A stretch of DNA of 44,610 bases from an uncultured Collinsella sp. (GTDB taxonomy: Bacteria; Actinomycetota; Coriobacteriia; Coriobacteriales; Coriobacteriaceae). The position numbers were made by a program, and so were the translations under genes. Under the pieces are notes generated by a model. The model did not search any database, had not been told where the DNA came from, and was given only the letters and a program-made list of their open reading frames with translations. Shown here piece after piece: positions 34,411 to 44,610 of the stretch. The stretch is from assembly GCA_900547835.1 (NCBI GenBank), contig URIJ01000001.1, positions 1 through 44,610 of the forward strand, written 5' to 3'. How positions within the stretch are numbered: position 1 is the first letter of the stretch; each line of letters opens with the position of its first letter.

Positions 34411-37241
34411 TGGCTGCCAAACTCATCGATCTTTCCTTTACGCTCAACGGCCGCAAGGTCAAGGTTCAGATTGCCCCCGACACCATGCTCTTCGCGCTGC
34501 TGCGCGAGCAGGGTTGCGCGTCGGTGCGCTGTGCCTGCGAAACCACCAACTGCGGCCTGTGCACGGTGTGGCTCGACGGCGACCCGGTGCTGAGCTGCTC
34601 GGTTCCCGCCGCCCGTGTTGAGGGACACACCATCACCACGCTTGAGGGCCTTAAGGTCGAGTCCGAGGCTCTCGCCCGTGCGATGGCTGCCGAAGGCGCC
34701 GAGCAGTGCGGTTTTTGCGCCCCCGGCCTTATCATGAACGTGCTGGCGCTCGCCCGCGCCGCCAAGGAGGATCCGAGCCTCGTCGCAACGCGCGAGGAGC
34801 TCTCGCGCCAGCTCGCCGGCAACCTGTGCCGTTGCAGCGGCTACGAGAGCCAGCTGCGCGCCATCGTCCGCTTCCTTAACGAGTCTGGCGTGCAGGTGGG
34901 CTTTGAGATGCCCGAGCTGCCGGTCAACGACACCAGCTGCGACGGCGTCACCTACAAGCAGATCACCCACAAGCAGCCTAAGAAGGACTCGAAGGCCCTG
35001 CTCGAGGGCCGTCCCGTCTACACGGGCGATATGGTGCCCGCCGGCGCGCTCATCGTCAAACTCAAGCGCAGCCCGTATGCTCGCGCCAAGATCCGCTCCA
35101 TCGACACCTCGCGCGCCCTGAAGGTGCCCGGCGTGGTGGGCGTCTACACCTACGAGGACGTGCCCAAGCGCCGCTTTACCATCGCCGGCCAGAGCTATCC
35201 GCAGCCTAGTCCCTACGACCGCCTGATCCTCGAGAACCTGGTGCGCTACCAAAACGAGGAGGTGGCGATCGTCGCCGCCGAGACCGAGGAGGCCGCCGAT
35301 AAGGCACTCAAGCTCATCAAGGTCGACTACGAGGTGCTCGAGCCGCTGCTCGACTTTACCCAGGCACTCGATAACGACATCGTGGTCCACCCCGAGGGCG
35401 ACGTGACCTTTATGTTCCCGCAGGGCGGCGACGTTGCTCGCAATCTGGTGTGCAGCGGTACCAGTGATTTTGGCGATCTGGACGAGGCCTTCGCCCAGAG
35501 CGACATCGTCTTTGAGCGCACTTACACCAGCCAGGCCACGCAGACCGCGCCCATGGAGACCTTCCGCGCCTTCGCGACGACCGACGCGTTCGGCCGCATC
35601 TCGGTGACCACCTCCACGCAGGTGCCCTTCCACGTGCGCCGCATGGTCGCGCAGTCGCTCGACATTCCGCAGTCGCAGGTGCAGGTCATCAAGCCGCGCA
35701 TCGGCGGCGGCTTTGGCTCCAAGCAGACGGGCTGCTGCGAGATCTTCGTGGCGTTCGTGACCCAGCAGACCGGTCGTCCGAGCTACTGCTGCTACACCCG
35801 CGAGGAGACCATCACCGCGGGCAACTCGCGCCACCAGATGCAGATGACCGTTAAGCTGGGCGCCATGAACGACGGCACCATCACGGCCATCGACCTGCAT
35901 ACGCTGTCCAACGCCGGCGCGTACGGCGAGCATGCCACCACGACGATCGGCCTTTCGGGCCACAAGAGCCTGCCCATCTACAACCATGTGAAGGCGAGCC
36001 GCTTTAGGTGGGACGCCGTCTACACCAACACCAACCGCGGCGGCGCGTATCGCGGCTACGGTGCCACCCAGGGCCAGTTTGCCGTGGAGAGTGCCGTCAA
36101 CGAGCTCGCCGACATGCTGCACATGGACCCCGCCGACCTGCGCCTTAAGAATATGGTGCACGAGGGCGAGGTCATGCCGCAGTACTACAACGAGAAGCTC
36201 AACGCCTGCGCACTCGACCGCTGCCTGCTGCGCGCGATGGACATGATCGGCTGGCGAGACAAGCCACTAGCCGTCGACCTGGGCGACCGCGTGCGTGCCC
36301 TGGGCTGCGCGCTCACCATGCAGGGCTCGGGCATTTCCAACGTGGACATCGCCGGCATCGACATGCGCCTGGAAGAGGACGGCTTCATTACCATCGGCAC
36401 CGGCGCCACCGATAACGGCATGGGCGTCGACACGATCCTGGCGCAGATTGCCGCCGAGGAGCTGGGCGTGGAGAGTTCGCTGATCGTGGTGCGCGGCGTG
36501 GACACCGACGTGTCGCCGTTCGACGCCGGCTCGTACGCGAGCTCGGGCACGTACGTGACGGGCCTGGCAGCCAAGAACGCCGCGACCGAGCTGCGCGAGA
36601 AGATCTGCGCCAAGGCCGCCCAGATGTGGGACGTTGACGCCGCCGACGTGGTCTTCGATGGTCAGTACGTGCGACTGTCCGACGAGCGCGCCGCTCGCGA
36701 GTGCGGACGCTACCTCACGCTGCGCGACTTTGCCAACCTGTGCGTCAAGAACATCGCGGGCGGCGACGCGCTGACCTCGCACGCCTCTGCCTGCCTGCCC
36801 GTTTCGCCCCCGCCGTTTATGGCCGGCATTGCCGAGGTCGAGGTCGACAAGGCCACCGGCAAGGTGACTGTTGTGGATTACGCCGCCGCCGTCGACTGCG
36901 GCACCGTGATCAACGAGGCGCTCGCGCGCGTCCAGGCCGAGGGCGGCATTGCCCAGGGTATCGGCCACGCGCTCTATGAGATTGTCGAGCACGATGACCG
37001 CGGCCGCCTGCGCACCGGCAACTTTATGAGCTACAAGCTGCCCACGCGCCTGGATATCGGCAGCATTCGCGTGGCCTTTGAGCCGAGCTACGAGCCGACG
37101 GGCCCGTTTGGCGCCAAGTCGATCGGCGAGGTCGTCATCAACACGCCGCTCGCCGCAGTAGCCTCGGCCGTGGCGCACGCCACCGGCCATCAGGTTCGCT
37201 CACTGCCCATCACGCCCGAGAAGGCCCTGCTGGGGGAGTAG
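34410..37241 (+). CDS. Xanthine dehydrogenase family fused 2x[2Fe-2S] + molybdopterin-binding subunit (XdhD/YgfN-like)
   Basis: CETTNCGLCTV, QCGFCAPG, GNLCRCSGY, GGGFGSK, AYRGYGATQ, SYASSGT, GPFGAKSIGE. Confidence 0.9.
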   Translation: MAAKLIDLSFTLNGRKVKVQIAPDTMLFALLREQGCASVRCACETTNCGLCTVWLDGDPVLSCSVPAARVEGHTITTLEGLKVESEALARAMAAEGAEQCGFCAPGLIMNVLALARAAKEDPSLVATREELSRQLAGNLCRCSGYESQLRAIVRFLNESGVQVGFEMPELPVNDTSCDGVTYKQITHKQPKKDSKALLEGRPVYTGDMVPAGALIVKLKRSPYARAKIRSIDTSRALKVPGVVGVYTYEDVPKRRFTIAGQSYPQPSPYDRLILENLVRYQNEEVAIVAAETEEAADKALKLIKVDYEVLEPLLDFTQALDNDIVVHPEGDVTFMFPQGGDVARNLVCSGTSDFGDLDEAFAQSDIVFERTYTSQATQTAPMETFRAFATTDAFGRISVTTSTQVPFHVRRMVAQSLDIPQSQVQVIKPRIGGGFGSKQTGCCEIFVAFVTQQTGRPSYCCYTREETITAGNSRHQMQMTVKLGAMNDGTITAIDLHTLSNAGAYGEHATTTIGLSGHKSLPIYNHVKASRFRWDAVYTNTNRGGAYRGYGATQGQFAVESAVNELADMLHMDPADLRLKNMVHEGEVMPQYYNEKLNACALDRCLLRAMDMIGWRDKPLAVDLGDRVRALGCALTMQGSGISNVDIAGIDMRLEEDGFITIGTGATDNGMGVDTILAQIAAEELGVESSLIVVRGVDTDVSPFDAGSYASSGTYVTGLAAKNAATELREKICAKAAQMWDVDAADVVFDGQYVRLSDERAARECGRYLTLRDFANLCVKNIAGGDALTSHASACLPVSPPPFMAGIAEVEVDKATGKVTVVDYAAAVDCGTVINEALARVQAEGGIAQGIGHALYEIVEHDDRGRLRTGNFMSYKLPTRLDIGSIRVAFEPSYEPTGPFGAKSIGEVVINTPLAAVASAVAHATGHQVRSLPITPEKALLGE

Positions 37242-37265
37242 CGTGTCGGCGAACAAGTCGTAATT

Positions 37266-37295
37266 GGCGGGGCGGGGCAACTCGTCCCGCCTTTT
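37266..37295 (+). terminator. Intrinsic terminator after the xdh-like genes
   Basis: GGCGGGGCGGG-GCAA-CTCGTCCCGCC followed by TTTT. Confidence 0.7.
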
Positions 37296-37381
37296 GCACT
37301 CGTGGTGAGGTCGTGAGCTTGTAAAAGGTGTGCGTGCGCTTGCCGTTCGTATCTGCTATCATTCCTAGTCTGTGCGCTCAT

Positions 37382-37465
37382 GCGGGCGTGGCGGAATTGG
37401 TAGACGCGCCAGATTTAGGTTCTGGTGGGATTCCCGTGAAGGTTCGAGTCCTTTCGCCCGCACCA
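37382..37465 (+). tRNA. tRNA-Leu(TAG)
   Basis: GCGGGCG/CGCCCGC-ACCA; CCAGA-TT TAG GT-TCTGG; variable arm; GTTCGAGTC. Confidence 0.96.
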
Positions 37466-37556
37466 ACGCATCTGCGTCGGCTTCGGCCGTCGCGACTCTT
37501 TGTTGCATAAAGGTACCAGCACCTCAGATAAGCTGGGCAGTATGAGGAGGAACGTG

Positions 37557-38855
37557 TTGAACATCACCGCTTCTGACGTCAAGGACGCCAAGCTCACCGC
37601 TACGGTCACCATCCCGGCCGCCGACGTCGACGCCGCGATCAAGAAGGCCTACAAGGACACCGCCAAGAAGTACCGCTTCCCGGGCTTCCGCGCCGGCAAG
37701 GCTCCCCGTCCGGTCATCGACTCTGCTCTTGGCGCCGAGGCTACCCTCGCTCAGGCCACCAACGACCTGATCGCTGCCAACGAGCCCGTCGTCCTCAACG
37801 AGCTGGACATCGTCCCCACCAAGAACGGTGACTACAAGGAGCTCGACCTCGCCAAGGATCACGAGGACTACACCTACACCGTCGAGTTCTCCCTGCGTCC
37901 TGCTGCTGAGCTCTCCTCCTTCGACGCCGTCGAGATCGAGATGCCTCCTGCGGAGGTCACCGAGTCCGAGATCAACAACCAGGTCGAGATGCTCCTCAAC
38001 TACCGTGCCACCTTCGAGGACGTCGAGGGTCGCGCCGTCGAGGCCGAGGACTACGTTACCGTCGACCTCAAGGCCGTCGAGAACGCCGACAACTTTGCCG
38101 CCGAGGGCCGCATGCTCATCGCCGGTAGCGACAGCAACCCCAAGGAGTTCAACGAGGCCCTGATCGGCGCTAACGTTGACGACGTCAAGACCGTCACCTG
38201 GACCGACGAGGTCGAGGAGGGCGAGGAGGCCGAGACCCACACCGTCGAGGTCACCGTCAAGGGCATCAAGGTCCGCAACACCCCCGAGCTCACCGACGAG
38301 CTCGTCAAGTCCGACTTTGGCTTCGACAGCATCGACGCCATGCGCGACGCCATCAAGATCGAGATCGAGCAGGACAAGGCTTCCCGCCTCCCGGCCGAGA
38401 AGGAGAACCGTTGCGTCTCCGCTCTCGCCGAGCGCCTGCAGCTCGACGAGATGGACGCCGACTACGAGCAGTCCGTCTTTGAGGAGCTTGGCCAGAACTT
38501 CCTGTCCAACCTCGCTGCCCGCGGCATGACGCTGGACACCTGGCTGCCCGCTTCCGGCCTGACCATGGAGCAGTTCATCGGCGACCTGCACAAGCAGGCC
38601 AACGACGTTGCTCGTGAGTCCCTGGCTCTCGACGCTCTCGCCCGCGAGCTCAAGATTGAGGTCACCGAGGACGACATCAACGCCGAGTTCGAGAAGGCCG
38701 GCGTCAAGGACGTCGAGGCTTCCAAGGCCGAGTTCATTGCCGATGGCCGCATGCCTGCCGTCCGCGAGTCCATCCGTCGCTCCAAGGCCGTCGACCACCT
38801 GGTCGAGAACGCCAAGGTGACCGAGGTCGACGAGACCGCCAAGGACGTCGAGTAA
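37557..38855 (+). CDS. tig: Trigger factor (TTG start after GAGGAGG)
   Basis: FPGFRAGKAP ribosome-binding signature; position upstream of clpP-clpX. Confidence 0.92.
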   Translation: MNITASDVKDAKLTATVTIPAADVDAAIKKAYKDTAKKYRFPGFRAGKAPRPVIDSALGAEATLAQATNDLIAANEPVVLNELDIVPTKNGDYKELDLAKDHEDYTYTVEFSLRPAAELSSFDAVEIEMPPAEVTESEINNQVEMLLNYRATFEDVEGRAVEAEDYVTVDLKAVENADNFAAEGRMLIAGSDSNPKEFNEALIGANVDDVKTVTWTDEVEEGEEAETHTVEVTVKGIKVRNTPELTDELVKSDFGFDSIDAMRDAIKIEIEQDKASRLPAEKENRCVSALAERLQLDEMDADYEQSVFEELGQNFLSNLAARGMTLDTWLPASGLTMEQFIGDLHKQANDVARESLALDALARELKIEVTEDDINAEFEKAGVKDVEASKAEFIADGRMPAVRESIRRSKAVDHLVENAKVTEVDETAKDVE

Positions 38856-39017
38856 TTCTCGCCACCTTTTCCGCGAGCGCATGGATGCGCCCGTGATGGG
38901 GTAAAGTTATAAGCCGGTTATCCGGTTGCTTCGTACGGTGCCAGCCAATGCATAGCATGCGGGCACCGTACGTTTGTCTAGAACCACTATTGGTCCGTAA
39001 GAGAAATGGAGATGCGT

Positions 39018-39638
39018 ATGATCGCTAAGTTCGATTCCGCCCTCGTGCCATACGTTATCGAGCAGACGCCGCGCGGCGAGCGCAGCTACGATATCTATTC
39101 GCGCCTGCTCAACGACCGCATCATCTTCTTGGGCGAGGAGATCAACTCCGTCAGCGCCAACCTGGTCGTTGCCCAGCTGCTGCATCTTGAGAGTCAGGAT
39201 GCCGAGAAGGATATCTCGCTCTACATCAATTCGCCCGGCGGCGAGGTCTACTCCGGCCTGGCGATTCTGGACACCATGAACTTCATTAAGCCGCAGGTTT
39301 CCACCATTTGCGTCGGTATGGCTGCGTCCATGGCCGCCGTGCTGCTTTCGGCCGGCGCCAAGGGCAAGCGCTTCTGCCTGCCGCACTCCAAGGTCATGAT
39401 TCACCAGCCCAGCGGCGGTGCCCAGGGCCAGCAGACCGAAATCGAGATCGTGGCCGAGGAGATCAAGAAGACCCGCCGCGAGCTCAACCAGATCCTGTCC
39501 GATGCCTCGGGCCAGCCCATCGAGAAGGTCCAGGCCGATACCGAGCGCGACAATTACCTGACCGCTGCCGAGGCCCTCGACTACGGCCTGATCGACCGTA
39601 TCGTCACCTCGCGCGATCTTGCCGCGAAGGACGCCTAG
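39018..39638 (+). CDS. clpP: ATP-dependent Clp protease proteolytic subunit
   Basis: [45 protein letters not shown]. Confidence 0.97.
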   Translation: MIAKFDSALVPYVIEQTPRGERSYDIYSRLLNDRIIFLGEEINSVSANLVVAQLLHLESQDAEKDISLYINSPGGEVYSGLAILDTMNFIKPQVSTICVGMAASMAAVLLSAGAKGKRFCLPHSKVMIHQPSGGAQGQQTEIEIVAEEIKKTRRELNQILSDASGQPIEKVQADTERDNYLTAAEALDYGLIDRIVTSRDLAAKDA

Positions 39639-39639
39639 G

Positions 39640-41052
39640 ATGGCCGGTAACATGCAGGACAACTTTGACGAGAACGGCAACCCCATCCGCTGCTCCTTCT
39701 GCGGAAAAGAGCAGGGTCAGGTTCGCCGCCTTGTTAAGGGTCCGACCAACATCTTTATCTGCGACGAATGCGTCGCCGCCTGCTCCGAGATCCTTGAGGA
39801 GTCGCTGGCTTCGGACTTTATGGACGCCGCCCGCAACGGCAATCTCCCGGGTTTCCTCAACGACCACGGCCAGGCTGCGTCCCAGCCCGCCGTTGACCCC
39901 GAGGCCGAGGGTTTTGAGCTCGAGGACGACCGTCAGGTCATCACACACGTGCCGACGCCGCACGAGATCTATGACGAGCTTTCGGCCTATGTTATGGGCC
40001 AGGAGGACGCTAAGCGCGCCATGTCGGTGGCCGTGTACAACCACTACCGCCGCGTGATTGAGGGCGGCGCCGCGGTGTCTGCCTTTGACGAGGCCTCGGG
40101 TATGGGCGGCCAGTTTGACGATGACATAGATGAGGTGGAGCTCGCCAAGTCCAACATCTTGCTGCTCGGCCCCACCGGTACCGGCAAGACGCTGCTGGCC
40201 CAGACGCTCGCGCGCATCCTCGAGGTGCCGTTTGCCATCGCCGATGCCACCGCACTCACCGAGGCCGGTTACGTGGGCGAGGACGTGGAGAACATCCTGC
40301 TTAAGCTCATCAATGCTGCCGATGGCGATATCGAGCGCGCGCAGGTTGGCATTATCTACGTGGACGAGATCGACAAGATCGCCCGCAAGGCCGAGAACCT
40401 CTCCATCACCCGCGATGTTTCGGGCGAGGGCGTTCAGCAGGCGCTGCTTAAGATTCTTGAGGGCACGGTGGCAAGCGTTCCGCCCACCGGCGGCCGCAAG
40501 CATCCCCAGCAGGAGCTGCTGCAGATCGACACGACCAACATCCTGTTTATCTGCGGTGGTGCCTTTGTGGGTCTGGACAAGATCATCGCCGACCGCGTGG
40601 GCAACAAGGGCGTGGGCTTTAACTCCGAGATCGCCGGCCCCACCTCGGTCGACGAGAACGACCTGCTGCGTCAGGTGCTCCCGCAGGATCTCAACGCCTT
40701 TGGCATGATCCCCGAGTTCGTGGGCCGTACGCCCGTCGTCACCCAGACGCAGGCGCTCGACGAGGATGACCTGGTGTCGATCCTGACGGAGCCCAAGAAC
40801 GCCGTGGTGCGCCAGTACCGTAAGATGTTCCAGCTCGAGGACGTTGAGCTTGAGTTTGAGGATGCCGCCCTGCACGAGATCGCCCGAATGGCGCTTGCCC
40901 GTAAGACCGGCGCCCGCGGCCTGCGCTCCATCTGCGAGGACGTGCTGCAGCAGACGATGTTCGACCTGCCCAGCGAGGAGGGCGTCGCCAAGGTCATCGT
41001 GACCGAAGCCTCCGTAAAGGGCGAAGAGCAGCCCCAACGCATCTACGGGTAA
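39640..41052 (+). CDS. clpX: ATP-dependent Clp protease ATP-binding subunit
   Basis: CSFCGK...ICDEC zinc finger, [39 protein letters not shown]. Confidence 0.97.
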   Translation: MAGNMQDNFDENGNPIRCSFCGKEQGQVRRLVKGPTNIFICDECVAACSEILEESLASDFMDAARNGNLPGFLNDHGQAASQPAVDPEAEGFELEDDRQVITHVPTPHEIYDELSAYVMGQEDAKRAMSVAVYNHYRRVIEGGAAVSAFDEASGMGGQFDDDIDEVELAKSNILLLGPTGTGKTLLAQTLARILEVPFAIADATALTEAGYVGEDVENILLKLINAADGDIERAQVGIIYVDEIDKIARKAENLSITRDVSGEGVQQALLKILEGTVASVPPTGGRKHPQQELLQIDTTNILFICGGAFVGLDKIIADRVGNKGVGFNSEIAGPTSVDENDLLRQVLPQDLNAFGMIPEFVGRTPVVTQTQALDEDDLVSILTEPKNAVVRQYRKMFQLEDVELEFEDAALHEIARMALARKTGARGLRSICEDVLQQTMFDLPSEEGVAKVIVTEASVKGEEQPQRIYG

Positions 41053-41073
41053 ACCTGCCAAAAACGTGCTTGC

Positions 41074-41110
41074 AAATAGCCTCCGACCATCCGCGGTCGG
41101 AGGCTATTTT
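41074..41110 (+). terminator. Intrinsic terminator after clpX
   Basis: AAATAGCCTCCGACC-ATCCGC-GGTCGGAGGCTATTTT. Confidence 0.85.
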
Positions 41111-41203
41111 ATATATACGCAATAACCCCAACTACCTGTGTTATTCTGTGTGTTTGTTTAAGCCTCGGCAAAGTCAATTCAGACTGAAGTAATCGATACC
41201 TAA

Positions 41204-41319
41204 GGGGAGGAATGTAGGCCCGATTTTCGTAGATTCCGCACGAGCCGAAGACCACTTAATGTGGTCTTCGAGCGAGCCCAGGACCTGACCGAGCGAAAAT
41301 CGGGCCTACATTCCTCCCC
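41204..41319. repeat. Long imperfect hairpin A upstream of valS
   Basis: 26-bp perfect outer arms (41204-41229 / 41294-41319); inner stem CGAAGACCAC-TTAAT-GTGGTCTTCG. Confidence 0.85.
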
Positions 41320-41339
41320 GACGGGCAAGGGAGAGATAT

Positions 41340-44036
<2,697 letters not shown>

Positions 44037-44055
44037 GGTTCACTCGGGGGCGCGT

Positions 44056-44156
44056 CCCGATGCTTTGCTCTCCGCTGCGGACAGTCCTGCGCAAGACGGA
44101 CAGCACATTAAGTGCTGTCCTTTGCGTGCGGAACTTGCGGCGAGCAAAGCATCGGG
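44056..44156. repeat. Long imperfect hairpin B downstream of valS, same family as hairpin A in opposite orientation
   Basis: 15-bp outer arms CCCGATGCTTTGCTC / GAGCAAAGCATCGGG; inner stem GGACAGCAC-ATTAA-GTGCTGTCC. Confidence 0.85.
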
Positions 44157-44316
44157 CCGCTCCTAGTTCGTTTACGTTGTTGTTTGCATCTGGCGTGTTA
44201 GGGCCACTGGGTTGTGGCCTTGATCTCGCTGCAAGCGGGTAAAGGCTGATATTGTCAACGTGAGGGGCTCATTCTTTTTGATGGGCCTCTTTTTCTGTTA
44301 TGGGGGACTTTGGGTT

Positions 44317-44610
44317 ATGGCTAAGCGTTCTGGGTCGTATGTCGTTCCTTTTTCGTTTGATTTGCTTTCGTTTGGTGAGGCTGTTGGGCTGGCTGCTGAT
44401 ACGGGGCGGATTTCTGGGGATGCTGGTCCTTTGCTCGAGACGGTTGTCGATATGCTCGATGAGCTGGGACGTCCGGATGAGTATTTCGATTGCATTCAGG
44501 TTGCCGGTACCAATGGCAAGACTTCGACCACGCGTTTTTCGGCTGCCATCCTTCGTGGTGAGGGGCTCAAGACCGCACTGTATACGTCTCCGCAGTTGGT
44601 GCGCTATCCC
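44317..44610 (+). CDS. folC: Folylpolyglutamate synthase / dihydrofolate synthase, 5' part (runs off the window)
   Basis: LDELGRPD...IQVAGTNGKTST...LYTSPQL motif; usual position after valS. Confidence 0.9.
   Translation, partial: MAKRSGSYVVPFSFDLLSFGEAVGLAADTGRISGDAGPLLETVVDMLDELGRPDEYFDCIQVAGTNGKTSTTRFSAAILRGEGLKTALYTSPQLVRYP

Noticed and set aside
41110..41339. T-box riboswitch upstream of valS
   Set aside because: No recognisable T-box antiterminator consensus (GGTGG-ACC-CG) or specifier stem; the region is occupied by hairpin A

Overview
High-GC, almost entirely + strand chromosomal segment from an anaerobic actinobacterium. Gene content and style suggest Coriobacteriia, probably Collinsella-like (inference). 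About 37 kb is a selenium/molybdenum anaerobic-metabolism super-cluster. It holds a Se-trafficking cassette (activase, selenocysteine-containing SelD with in-frame UGA17, YedF, DUF3343, cysteine desulfurase-like), a complete formate hydrogenlyase-2 operon (HydN-like, selenocysteine FdhF with UGA140 and SECIS, hyfA-J, hycI, formate channel), a Tat-less PsrA/PhsA-like molybdoenzyme, selA-selB-selC (a non-canonical tRNA-Sec), mobA, a Cys-rich DUF3343, gdhA and a fused xanthine-dehydrogenase-family enzyme. Housekeeping genes follow (tRNA-Leu, tig, clpP, clpX, valS, partial folC). An accessory islet after tRNA-Pro/tRNA-Gly (5.2-8.9 kb) contains the most novel-looking element: an AbiEi-like/PD-(D/E)XK-like gene bracketed by two ~69-bp palindromes whose outer arms form 37-bp terminal inverted repeats. 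One palindrome has been hit by an IS3-family element (ATC duplication), and a solo third palindrome sits between selB and selC. A second, covarying long-hairpin family brackets valS. All assignments come from motif recognition by eye; no searches were run.
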